In this document: piece by piece, positions 18,371 to 27,476 of the stretch
Numbering within the stretch: the stretch's first letter is position 1
How the letters are laid out: every line of letters starts with the position of its first letter
The notes under the pieces: generated by a model
What the model was told of the DNA's origin: nothing
Databases searched by the model: none
The model's input: only the letters and a program-made list of their open reading frames with translations
NCBI GenBank assembly: GCA_021836725.1
Contig: JAKBHL010000006.1
Coordinates: 21,136-85,135 of the forward strand
Source of the DNA: a bacterium
Lineage (GTDB): Bacteria; Patescibacteriota; Minisyncoccia; Phycocordibacterales; Phycocordibacteraceae
Length of the DNA stretch: 64,000 bases
Direction: 5' to 3'
Program-made: the position numbers and the translations under genes

Positions 18371-19918
18371 ATGAAATCTACTCTTAAATCACTGCAATCG
18401 CTCGCACTGCCCGGCAATCTCGCGGATATCGAAAAACTATCACTCGCACTCACGAATGATCGCCCAGAACTGTGGGAGAAGCGGGGCGATATGCAAGCTC
18501 TTAAATTATTCCGCGCAACGGCAGAGCGTGTCCCGGCCTACAGAGATTTTCTAAGGCGGAATAAAATCAACCCGGATTCGATTCGCACTATACAAGATTT
18601 CAAACAACTTCCGCTTCTCGATAAGGAAAACTATCTGCGAGCCTATCCTTTTGAAGATCTTTGTTGGGATGGGAAATTCTCCGAACGTGCCTGGACTATT
18701 TGTACGACCTCCGGCTCAACCGGGAAACCGTTCTATTTCCCGCACGGTCTTCTCCAAGACGCGCAGTACGCTCTTTTTGCGGAACTATATCTGCGCACCA
18801 ATTTTGAAATTCACAAAAAACGAACACTCTATATAAATGGGTTTCCGATGGGTGCGTGGATTGGCGGCGTGTTTACCTACAAAGCTGTCACGATGATTGC
18901 AGAACGTGGTAACTATCCGCTCAGTATCATTAATCCGGGGATCAATAAGGATGAAATCATAAAAGCGGTTCGGACCTTGGGATCGCATTTCGATCAAGTA
19001 ATCATCGGAAGTTACGGTCCTTTTCTCAAAGATACGCTCGACGACGGGGTTCGTGAGGGAATTGATTGGAAGAAATACAATCTGGGTTTCATCTTTTCTG
19101 CTGAAGGCTTCTCGGAAGGATTCAGAGATTATGTGCTTGAGGTGGCAGGGAAGAAGGATGATATAGCGGCAACCCTGAATCACTACGGAACTGTTGACCT
19201 GGGAACGATGTCGTACGAAACACCCCTGGCGATTCTCGCTCGCCGGCATGCGGTCGAAGATAGCAATCTCTACAAAGATATTTTCGATGACTCCGTGCGC
19301 TTGCCAACGTTCACGCAGTTCTTCCCGAACCTTTTCTTCTTTGAAGAAGTTGATCGAACGCTCATTTGCTCAGCACCGGCTGGCCTGCCGTTGGTGCGCT
19401 ATAACCTCAAGGATACCGGCGGCGTTTATACGTATGGAAAGGTTATAGAACTATTTAGCCGCCACAATATTGATCTCAACAAAGAACTTGCCGGTCGCAA
19501 TCTTGCACGTACGCAGTGGAATCTGCCCTTTGTATATGTGTATGAACGGAATGATTTCTCGGTCAGTTTTTATGCTTTCCAAATTTATCCCGCTACAATC
19601 CGTCGTGCACTGGAGCACCCATCACTGCGCTCGAAAATCACCGGAAAATTCTCGATGCGAGTTGGTTATGACCGGAATCAGAACCAACGATTTGAAATTA
19701 ATCTTGAACTCAAGAGCGGGGTAAAACGAGATAAGCCTTTTGAGGCAAAAGTAGTGCGTTTGGTTGTGGAACAACTACTCAAAGAGAGCTCCGAGTATCA
19801 GGAGACCTATCGCGAAAAACGACGTCGAGCATTACCGCATATCTTCTTCTGGCCGTACGAACACGAGCGTTTCTTCCGCCCCGGCATCAAACAGAAGTGG
19901 GTAATGCGTCAGTCATAA
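18371..19918 (+). CDS. Phenylacetate-CoA ligase (PaaK)-like adenylate-forming enzyme
   Basis: VPAYRDFL, LPLLDKENY, TTSGSTGKP P-loop, HYGTVD, PLVRYNLKD. Confidence 0.9.
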   Translation: MKSTLKSLQSLALPGNLADIEKLSLALTNDRPELWEKRGDMQALKLFRATAERVPAYRDFLRRNKINPDSIRTIQDFKQLPLLDKENYLRAYPFEDLCWDGKFSERAWTICTTSGSTGKPFYFPHGLLQDAQYALFAELYLRTNFEIHKKRTLYINGFPMGAWIGGVFTYKAVTMIAERGNYPLSIINPGINKDEIIKAVRTLGSHFDQVIIGSYGPFLKDTLDDGVREGIDWKKYNLGFIFSAEGFSEGFRDYVLEVAGKKDDIAATLNHYGTVDLGTMSYETPLAILARRHAVEDSNLYKDIFDDSVRLPTFTQFFPNLFFFEEVDRTLICSAPAGLPLVRYNLKDTGGVYTYGKVIELFSRHNIDLNKELAGRNLARTQWNLPFVYVYERNDFSVSFYAFQIYPATIRRALEHPSLRSKITGKFSMRVGYDRNQNQRFEINLELKSGVKRDKPFEAKVVRLVVEQLLKESSEYQETYREKRRRALPHIFFWPYEHERFFRPGIKQKWVMRQS

Positions 19919-19930
19919 AGCTGAATTAGT

Positions 19931-20719
19931 TCATTTCTCCTCTCTATTTTTTATCTTGTTGGTATTAAGCCGTCCGGCTTCTTCCCACGCAAGATTGAAG
20001 AGGCTCTTCATAACATCTGCAATATCCTGGCTTTGAATAATCACGCCGAATTCCTCGCTTGTTGAAATAAATACGATTTTGTCCGCATATATACGCAGTT
20101 CAGAAGAAAATGGATATATATCGGCTGGCACACATCGTACTCTTGAGGCGCCACTCTCATTTAATGATGAGCGCTCGACAGTTTTTTCGTAGGGGGAAAT
20201 GATCTCCGTTTTATATTTACGTTGTAAATTTTGATTCTTCCAAAAGGAAAATGATGAGCCAGAAATAACTCCTGCTGATACAGGTAAAAATGTGTACACT
20301 TGCGTCCCCTGCGGGTAGGCTAGCAGGTCATTACTAACAGTTTGTATTCCACCAACCCCTTCGTAAAACAATACATGTGGCTGGCTCTTTAGCTTCTTCG
20401 ATACCGAGAGAAGTTCGGAAAGCAATAAATTCATTTCATTTTCCTGTCGAGCTGAGCCCCGAGCCAACTTATCAGCTCGTTCCACAAGTTTTTCTGGGGA
20501 GACAGCGTAGTATTTAAGAATCCCGTTCTGCTGTGTTTTCTCGACAAATCCCTGCTTTACAAGTGTGGCAAGTAACATATAGGCCGACGACCGATTGAGT
20601 TTTGCTTCTCTTGCGGCCTCACGCGCGCTTGCCGGACCCATAGTAAGTAATCCCTGATAAAGTACAGCCGCTTTTTCCGAAAGTCCAAATTCTTGGAGAT
20701 GTGACAGTAGAGTATTCAT
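19931..20719 (-). CDS. TrmB-family transcriptional regulator
   Basis: FGLSEK...Y..LL..G wHTH, NRSSAY..L..L...G; C-terminal IYADKIVF sensor domain. Confidence 0.9.
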   Translation of the reverse strand: MNTLLSHLQEFGLSEKAAVLYQGLLTMGPASAREAAREAKLNRSSAYMLLATLVKQGFVEKTQQNGILKYYAVSPEKLVERADKLARGSARQENEMNLLLSELLSVSKKLKSQPHVLFYEGVGGIQTVSNDLLAYPQGTQVYTFLPVSAGVISGSSFSFWKNQNLQRKYKTEIISPYEKTVERSSLNESGASRVRCVPADIYPFSSELRIYADKIVFISTSEEFGVIIQSQDIADVMKSLFNLAWEEAGRLNTNKIKNREEK

Positions 20720-21495
20720 GGAAATTCATCACCTATCCGTCGCGCTTCCCCGATCGCAAGGTCGAAAATTGTCTTCATCAATTCCGCAATTTCCTTACTC
20801 CTAATGAACGCTGTAAAAAGGAACGTGTGCGACATAAAAATCGTCTTATCATCGTAGACAGCAAAATCAGCAGGGAATCGATACTTGTCTTCCGAGATAA
20901 AGAAATGCGTATCCAAATCCTTAGACACGGGCATATTCTTAAATGCATTCATACTGCGAGGCTCTGCTGGATGAATCCCAACCATACCGATGTTTCTTTC
21001 CATCCGTTTTTGGACATAGGAAGGTAGATAATCGGGCAAGGTTCTAAAAATTTCAGGGCCGGAGGAAATGACCCGCATATATCCCTCTTTTAGAGAAAGG
21101 CTGTCATCAAATCCGTCTATTAACCCCTGCCGTCCTTCAAGTATAGTAACTTTGGGCCTGTAACGTGCCCCTCGATGTTTCGAGGAAAGTGCCGGAAGCA
21201 TGATCCGCAGATTTTTACTAAGTAGCTCGTGCCTTTCAGTCTTTTCTTTTGCTAGTTGCAGAAGATGTTCGGGTGGGGCAGCCACATATTTTCTGACCCC
21301 ATGAGTGGTTCCGATGCTTACGAGCCCTTGCTTGATAAGCCGTTCAAGGACCACATACATTGAACTACGATTGATACCTGTCTCCTTGCTAACCAGCTGA
21401 ACTGTGGCTCCGTCGAGAGACAAAAGCGCAAGATAAACCTGAGCATCCTTTTCAGGAAGTCCTAGTGCAGAAAGTCGTTTTGCGAGGGGTGTCAT
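20716..21495 (-). CDS. TrmB-family transcriptional regulator
   Basis: LGLPEKDAQVYLALL, INRSSMYVVLERL...G; VYDDKTIF. Confidence 0.9.
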   Translation of the reverse strand: MTPLAKRLSALGLPEKDAQVYLALLSLDGATVQLVSKETGINRSSMYVVLERLIKQGLVSIGTTHGVRKYVAAPPEHLLQLAKEKTERHELLSKNLRIMLPALSSKHRGARYRPKVTILEGRQGLIDGFDDSLSLKEGYMRVISSGPEIFRTLPDYLPSYVQKRMERNIGMVGIHPAEPRSMNAFKNMPVSKDLDTHFFISEDKYRFPADFAVYDDKTIFMSHTFLFTAFIRSKEIAELMKTIFDLAIGEARRIGDEFP

Positions 21496-21688
21496 ATAGG
21501 CACAACAGGCGGGAACTCACCTCGCCCATTTGTTGTCAGATATTAGCAACAATATGAAATATGGACAAGACAGCCACTTACTGAGATGGAGATAATCCAG
21601 GCCGATATTTTTGGTGTCATTTCGGACATCTTCAAAATAGAGTTGTTATAAATTGACAACGATTATCTTTGAACCAAACATCTATCAT

Positions 21689-22045
21689 ATGGGTATTAAT
21701 CAGCCGTTCAGAAGAGATAAATTCTATCGTGATCGCGACAGTTACGCCGAATGGTGGACAATTGGGTGTTCTGCGTGTGCTCAAAAAGTGCTTCTCTATC
21801 AAAAAGATGGACACGGTAAATTATATCGTTGCTATCTAAATCGAATTTTTGCTCCATCAGACTATGCAAATCTTCAGTATGATTCAAGATTGACGGTAAA
21901 AAAACTACCCAATCTTGTTTGTGCACACTGTAAGAATCTTCTCGGAATCCCCATGCTTCATTGGGAAGGCAGGCTTGCGTTTCGACTAATCAAAGGACGT
22001 TGGGTAAGACGTAAAGCACAGCAATCCGATGAATGGAAAATCTAA
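21689..22045 (+). CDS. Zn-ribbon hypothetical protein
   Basis: CSAC...YQKDG.G.L.RCYLNRI...CAHC; start ATG 21689. Confidence 0.75.
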   Translation: MGINQPFRRDKFYRDRDSYAEWWTIGCSACAQKVLLYQKDGHGKLYRCYLNRIFAPSDYANLQYDSRLTVKKLPNLVCAHCKNLLGIPMLHWEGRLAFRLIKGRWVRRKAQQSDEWKI

Positions 22046-22748
22046 AGATATAATACGGACTGTACGGAAAATCCTTATTCCAAAGGGGAAGAGGATACAA
22101 GTCGTTGAGTGCGGAGTAAAGAAGTATCTACTCGTCACACGAAAAGGCGTTGGCGCAATTCATACACCATATGGATATTTTTGGCAATATGATTTTCATG
22201 TTAATGATGAATGGGAGAAATATTCTGTCTTAGTACGCGCTTCGCTGAATGGGCAATTCAATCCAGTTTTTACTCGTAAAAACCTGTTGCTCCGCATAGA
22301 TTCTGGATGCGAGACGGGGCAACTCTTTCATGACAACACATGCGAATGTCGTGAACAATTGCATCTAGCATTACAAAGAATTGACGAATACGGAGAAGGG
22401 ATCATTGTGCACATCCCTTCTCAAGATGGGCGTGGTGGTGGGTTGGCTTTCAAGCTTGCAACACTGCTTCTCGAAAAGGATTTGGGGATGGATACGATAG
22501 AAGCCGCACGTGTTCTTACTGACGGGGGCGAAATAGATTTTCGAACCTATGGAGGTGTAGTTGGTATCTTGAAATTCTTCCGCGCCCAGAAAGAAGTATT
22601 TCTTATGACGAACAATCCGCTCAAGATCTCAGCTCTCACTGAAAATAAATATAAAATATCACGCCTAAATATCGTTGTCCCACCAACACGCTTCACTGCT
22701 AGACATTTGCGTGCCAAAGAGCAAGAGCTCGGACATATGCTTTCATGA
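22029..22748 (+). CDS. GTP cyclohydrolase II (RibA-like)
   Basis: RIDSGCETG...CECREQL, QDGRGGGLAFK, DFRTY, LMTNNPLK. Confidence 0.9.
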   Translation: MNGKSKDIIRTVRKILIPKGKRIQVVECGVKKYLLVTRKGVGAIHTPYGYFWQYDFHVNDEWEKYSVLVRASLNGQFNPVFTRKNLLLRIDSGCETGQLFHDNTCECREQLHLALQRIDEYGEGIIVHIPSQDGRGGGLAFKLATLLLEKDLGMDTIEAARVLTDGGEIDFRTYGGVVGILKFFRAQKEVFLMTNNPLKISALTENKYKISRLNIVVPPTRFTARHLRAKEQELGHMLS

Positions 22749-23545
22749 CGGAGCAGTTAACCATTTCGCTGCGGGGATTGTCTGCATCTGGGAAGGGCAC
22801 AATAGCGCCGATTCTTGCAAAAGAACTTAACGTACAGCATATAGATTGCGGACTATTGTTCAGAGCAATAGCGTTGTATATATGCGAACATCAAATTACG
22901 AGCAAACATCTTTTCCTAGAGAAAGTTCGTATTCGAATGATATGCGAAACGGTGTTCATTGTTGAAGAAAAAACATATCCTCGCGAGCAATTGCAAACTG
23001 AAAAGGTCGGATATCTTGCGGCTGAGTTGGCCAAAAGCCACAGCGAACAGCTTGTGTCATTAGTGAATGAACTGCTATCGAGTATGTCGCGAGTTGTCGT
23101 AGATGGGCGAAACGCAGGATTGAATATTCTCCCTAATCCGGACTTTTCTTTTTTCCTTCAAGCAAGTTTGAAGTCGCGTATCCAACGACGGTATGAGCAA
23201 GAAAGGTTTATTAATAAGGAAATAAAGAAATCAGAGATAAAATCTTCTCTCATCAAAAGAGACACTGTTGATCAAAAACGTGACAGAAAGCTCACAGAAC
23301 CCCAATTAAATGAGCACATCATCGTAACAGATGGGAAGACTCCATTACAATGCGCTAGAGAAATTGTCTCCGTAGTCAGAATTAAGACAAAAATGTTGGC
23401 ATGGACTGCAGTAGATAAACATGGAGATTTTTTCACTTATGAAGATGGAACAGTAGTTGTGGTAAGAAATAAGAGCCAGATACCTATCAGAGTGCGAGAA
23501 AGCGAGGAATATTCCGTGGTTAAAATAGAACTCAAGTTTGCGTAA
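22745..23545 (+). CDS. Cytidylate-kinase-like nucleotide kinase with C-terminal extension
   Basis: GLSASGKGT P-loop, IDCGLLFR, VVDGRN.G..ILP, RD..D. Confidence 0.88.
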   Translation: MTEQLTISLRGLSASGKGTIAPILAKELNVQHIDCGLLFRAIALYICEHQITSKHLFLEKVRIRMICETVFIVEEKTYPREQLQTEKVGYLAAELAKSHSEQLVSLVNELLSSMSRVVVDGRNAGLNILPNPDFSFFLQASLKSRIQRRYEQERFINKEIKKSEIKSSLIKRDTVDQKRDRKLTEPQLNEHIIVTDGKTPLQCAREIVSVVRIKTKMLAWTAVDKHGDFFTYEDGTVVVVRNKSQIPIRVRESEEYSVVKIELKFA

Positions 23546-23666
23546 TTACCTCTATTGATAGAGACTTCAGTTGAGGGACATCTAGTTAGTCCCTCACCAC
23601 GACTGAGGTTGGCGTTTCTTAAATCGATTATAATGGAACTGTAGAGATTTTTTTAACCCCACGAAT

Positions 23667-24728
23667 ATGGTTCCCGATAACACAATTCTTCTTGAAATTC
23701 TGCGAGATGCTTGTCGAGCGCCTTCCGGCGATAATGTCCAGCCGTGGCGTTTTCGATGGGATGGTTCGACACTATCCCTCTACAACATCCCTGACATCCA
23801 CAACCCATACCTTGATTTTGAGGAACGCGGCGCATATATCGCACATGGTGCGCTCCTCGAGAACCTCGCGATTGCCGCCCCGCATTACGGCTATAACGCC
23901 TCGATAACACTCTTTCCGGATCTGGGGGTGCCCGATTTGGTCGCATGCATCGCCTTTGCACCTAGCGTTGCGTATGATGACCCGCTGTATACGGCGATAT
24001 CGAAGCGCGCAACGAATCGCCGCCCGTATGCATCACGCGCACTTACGTCCGATACACGCGTCGCGCTCAGAGACGTTGCGATGCCTAAAGATATAACACT
24101 CATTCTCATCGAAGACACCACAAAAAAAGAAGCGCTCGCACCGCACATAAGCGCAATGGAGCAACTCTTACTCGGTCATCCGGCTCTATCAAGTGCATTC
24201 TTCAGTCATATCGTATGGACGAAACGTGAAGAACGCGTAAGACGTAGCGGATTCTACATAAAGACCATGGAGTTCAATCCAGTGCAGGCATTCGTATTCA
24301 AGCTCGCAAGTAAACCCTGGCTTATGCGCGCGTTCCGCAAACTCGGGCTCCCCGCACTCATCGCGAATGAGAATGCCAAACTGTACAGGGGAGGCTCGGC
24401 ACTCGGGGGATTGCACGCGTCAGATTTTTCCAGAACTAGCGCAATTGCGCTAGGGCGTGCGCTCGAGCGCGTCTGGCTCACGGCTACGACGTTCGGACTC
24501 GCGTTCCAACCACTTTTTGGTACCACTATGATGGGGTACAAGTCGCGCCACGGCGAAGCGATGTTCCTCTCGGACGCGGAACGTACCGCCATTGAAGCAA
24601 ACGCGCGCTCTCTTGAGGCAACGTTCAAGAACACACATGATACGCCGACACTTATCTTCCGTGTTGGCTATGCTCAGGAGCCGAGTGCGTATACGTCTCG
24701 GAAGGAACCGAACATAGTTTATAATTAA
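23667..24728 (+). CDS. Nitroreductase-family (Acg/Rv1355c C-terminal-like) flavoprotein
   Basis: RAPSGDNVQPWRF, R.TNRRPY, GRALERVWLTAT..GLAFQP, FRVGY. Confidence 0.9.
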   Translation: MVPDNTILLEILRDACRAPSGDNVQPWRFRWDGSTLSLYNIPDIHNPYLDFEERGAYIAHGALLENLAIAAPHYGYNASITLFPDLGVPDLVACIAFAPSVAYDDPLYTAISKRATNRRPYASRALTSDTRVALRDVAMPKDITLILIEDTTKKEALAPHISAMEQLLLGHPALSSAFFSHIVWTKREERVRRSGFYIKTMEFNPVQAFVFKLASKPWLMRAFRKLGLPALIANENAKLYRGGSALGGLHASDFSRTSAIALGRALERVWLTATTFGLAFQPLFGTTMMGYKSRHGEAMFLSDAERTAIEANARSLEATFKNTHDTPTLIFRVGYAQEPSAYTSRKEPNIVYN

Positions 24729-24735
24729 AGCACCC

Positions 24736-26334
24736 ATGGGTGCTCTTGCGAATTTTGATCTCTTGTCGGTAGGCGTCGCCATCGCGGGCACGCTCGTGCT
24801 CGGGTTCGTCATTTATTTCACCGATCAGAAGAGTGGTACGAATCGCATCTTTTTCGCGTTCGCGTTCGTCACCGCGATATGGGGCTTGCTCAACTATCTC
24901 AGTTATCGCGTCGAGGATCTATCCGTCGCGTTTGCACTCCTACGTTTCGAACTTGCGCTCGCCGTGTGGCAAACGTTCATAATCTTTCGGCTTCTGCTCA
25001 TCTTCCCGGACCGCGACGATGTACTTCCACGGCGCTATCTGCTCGCGCTTGTCGTGTACGCGGGCGTCGTATCCGTGCTGTGCCTCACGCCATTCGTCTT
25101 TGAGCGCATCACTACAGTTACCGCCACGGGGTATATCAAAGACATAGCCGTCGGGCCGGCAATCGCGCTCTTCGGCGTCACGAGTATAGGGTTCGTCCTT
25201 GCAGGGTGGATAGTGTGCGCCCGGAAGACGTTCCGCCTCAGGGGCGCACAGCGTGCGCAAACGGGTTTCTTCCTGCTCGGGGCGATTGCGATGTTCTTGC
25301 CAATCATCATTCTGAACTTCATCTTTCCAGCATTCTTGCGGGATTCGAGATTCGTTCCGTATGGCGCGGTCTCAATATTCCCGTTCGTGCTGTTCACGTC
25401 TTACGCAATCCTGCGTTTCCATTTGTTCAACATCAAGGTCATTACGACGTCCATACTCGTATTCGTGCTTTCCATCGTTTCATTTGGGCAGATTCTTTTC
25501 TCGGGCACACTGCCTGCGATGCTGTTCCAAGCGAGCGTTTTCATGCTCGTGCTCGTATTCGGCATCAACCTGATCAGGAACGTTATCCGGGAAGTGGAGC
25601 AGCGGGAAAAGATACAGAAACTCGCGAAAGAATTGGAGGAGATCAATAAACGGCAGGAAACACTCATCCACTTCATCGGGCACGAGGTGAAGGGGTTCCT
25701 GACCAAGGCTGAGGGCGCATTCGCGTCGCTTACCGACGGTGATTTTGGCCAGTTGCCTGAGGAACTGAAGCCGTTCGTCGAGCGCTCATTCGCCGAGACC
25801 CGGCAAGGCGTTGGTTCGGTCGAGGACATCCTCAAGGCGTCGAACATCAAGAAGGGAACTGTGGCATACGCCAAAGAGCCATTCGATCTGAAAGCGCTCG
25901 TGACAGAAGCGGTCGAGAAGGCAAAGATGGCGGCCGCCCAGAAAGGTCTTGCGCTTACTCTCGTCGCAGACGACGCGTCGTATCAGATGACTGGCGACAG
26001 AGCGCAAATCAACGACCACGTCCTGCGCAACCTCATCGACAACGCTATCAACTACACGCCATCGGGTTCTATCGTGGTCTCGCTCGCGCACGAGAACGGC
26101 AAGGTCGTCTTCGCCGTGAAAGACAGCGGCATCGGCATCACCGACGAGGACAAACAGCGTCTTTTCACCGAGGGCGGCCACGGCAAGGACTCGCAGACGA
26201 TCAACGTGCACTCCACCGGCTACGGTCTCTACATCGCAAAACAGATTACCGAGGCGATGGGCGGCACGATCCGCGCCGAGTCCGAAGGCGCGGGGCGAGG
26301 GTCTACATTCATCGCGGAATTTCCTGCGGGATAG
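24736..26334 (+). CDS. Membrane-bound sensor histidine kinase (multi-TM input domain)
   Basis: ~9 TM helices, GHEVK H-box, NLIDNAINYT, VKDSGIGI, STGYGLYI, GGTI...S..G.GSTF. Confidence 0.95.
   Translation: MGALANFDLLSVGVAIAGTLVLGFVIYFTDQKSGTNRIFFAFAFVTAIWGLLNYLSYRVEDLSVAFALLRFELALAVWQTFIIFRLLLIFPDRDDVLPRRYLLALVVYAGVVSVLCLTPFVFERITTVTATGYIKDIAVGPAIALFGVTSIGFVLAGWIVCARKTFRLRGAQRAQTGFFLLGAIAMFLPIIILNFIFPAFLRDSRFVPYGAVSIFPFVLFTSYAILRFHLFNIKVITTSILVFVLSIVSFGQILFSGTLPAMLFQASVFMLVLVFGINLIRNVIREVEQREKIQKLAKELEEINKRQETLIHFIGHEVKGFLTKAEGAFASLTDGDFGQLPEELKPFVERSFAETRQGVGSVEDILKASNIKKGTVAYAKEPFDLKALVTEAVEKAKMAAAQKGLALTLVADDASYQMTGDRAQINDHVLRNLIDNAINYTPSGSIVVSLAHENGKVVFAVKDSGIGITDEDKQRLFTEGGHGKDSQTINVHSTGYGLYIAKQITEAMGGTIRAESEGAGRGSTFIAEFPAG
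26260..26334 (+). repeat. Histidine kinase 3' end, copy A (in gene); putative att site
   Basis: 29-bp core GGCGGCACGATCCGCGCCGAGTCCGAAGG at 26260-26288, also at 26852 and 29090. Confidence 0.9.
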
Positions 26335-26362
26335 ATTCAAGAAATATGACATTCGTGATATA

Positions 26363-26599
26363 ATGAGCAGTATGAGAAATATTATGCAATTTCAGATTTC
26401 TGAAAGCGATGGAGGCTATGTCGCCGAGGGTGTAAGCGTGCCTATTGTTACCCAAGGAGAGACTCTTGATGAACTTGCTTCGAATATTCGCGAAGCAGTC
26501 GGGCTCTATGTAGAAGGTGAAAATCTCGCTGAGCTTGGTTTCGCACCGGCGCCTTCAGTGTTGGTAAATTTCGAGCTTCCCGCATCGGTGCATGCCTAA
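26363..26599 (+). CDS. hicB: HicB-family antitoxin
   Basis: DGGYVA...IVTQGETLDELASNIREAV.LY. Confidence 0.88.
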   Translation: MSSMRNIMQFQISESDGGYVAEGVSVPIVTQGETLDELASNIREAVGLYVEGENLAELGFAPAPSVLVNFELPASVHA

Positions 26600-26834
26600 A
26601 CCAAAGAGGCTTTCAGGGCCGGATATTATTCGGATCTTTGAGACGTTTGGTTTTACAATCGAGAACCAGCGAGGGAGTCACATAAAGCTCTCGCGTCTTG
26701 AATCTGACGAGAAACAAGTACTGCTCATCTCGAATCACAAAGAGCTAAAGACGGGAGCGGTCGTGGGGATATTTAAGCAGGCGACGCGATATGTGGCAGA
26801 ATCGGAACTTCGCGGACATTTCTACACTGAGTAA
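26592..26834 (+). CDS. hicA: HicA-family toxin
   Basis: LSG..IIRIFETFGF...QRGSHIKL...NHKELKTG; overlaps hicB. Confidence 0.9.
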   Translation: MPKPKRLSGPDIIRIFETFGFTIENQRGSHIKLSRLESDEKQVLLISNHKELKTGAVVGIFKQATRYVAESELRGHFYTE

Positions 26835-26845
26835 CCCGTATTAAA

Positions 26846-26926
26846 GCGCACGGCGGCACGATCCGCGCCGAGTCCGAAGGGCAGGGGAAAGGTTCCACCT
26901 TCACCACAGAGTTTCCGGAGGTATAG
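26846..26926 (+). repeat. Displaced histidine kinase 3' end, copy B
   Basis: Encodes AHGGTIRAESEGQGKGSTFTTEFPEV*; no upstream coding frame. Confidence 0.9.
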
Positions 26927-26960
26927 AATCAACCCCAAAAGGAAACATCCTATCTGCGAT

Positions 26961-27437
26961 CTATGAAAGCGTTCTGTAGAACGACTCCACTTCACTAATG
27001 AGCATATTCTTCAAATAAAAAATCGGTATTTGCAATGATTCACCGGCATTATGCTCCCATTGACTCCCTATGCTTGTCTCCCACAACGGGAGAAAAACTA
27101 ATCCTGATATTTTCCCCGATTTTAAAATCGGATTGTAGAAGAAATCGAGCAGGGGGTAATCATACTCGTGGTGGTCTCTCAAAATATCGTCCAGTCGTTT
27201 TTCATATGAGACTTGATTGAACACAGATATCCCCCTTCTTTTTGCCGCTTGTATCATGGAATGCAAGCAATCTAGATTTTCTGTCACACTTCCGAGACCA
27301 CCTGTCGAAATCGGTCCGCAAAATTGAATGACCGGAGACTTAAGCCTTGATATTTCCAAGAGCGCTTCCTCCACTAGTTCGGTCAGTTCCTTTTTATACT
27401 TGCTTTCTGTATCTTCGCGTGATTTTTGACTATTCAT
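26961..27437 (-). CDS. Hypothetical protein, nucleoside-deoxyribosyltransferase/DUF4406-like fold
   Basis: FCGPISTGG...N...VFNQ...FLPLWETSIGSQWEH pattern. Confidence 0.65.
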   Translation of the reverse strand: MNSQKSREDTESKYKKELTELVEEALLEISRLKSPVIQFCGPISTGGLGSVTENLDCLHSMIQAAKRRGISVFNQVSYEKRLDDILRDHHEYDYPLLDFFYNPILKSGKISGLVFLPLWETSIGSQWEHNAGESLQIPIFYLKNMLISEVESFYRTLS

Positions 27438-27476
27438 AGCATTTACTATATAGTATACATTGTCCTAATAATATAT

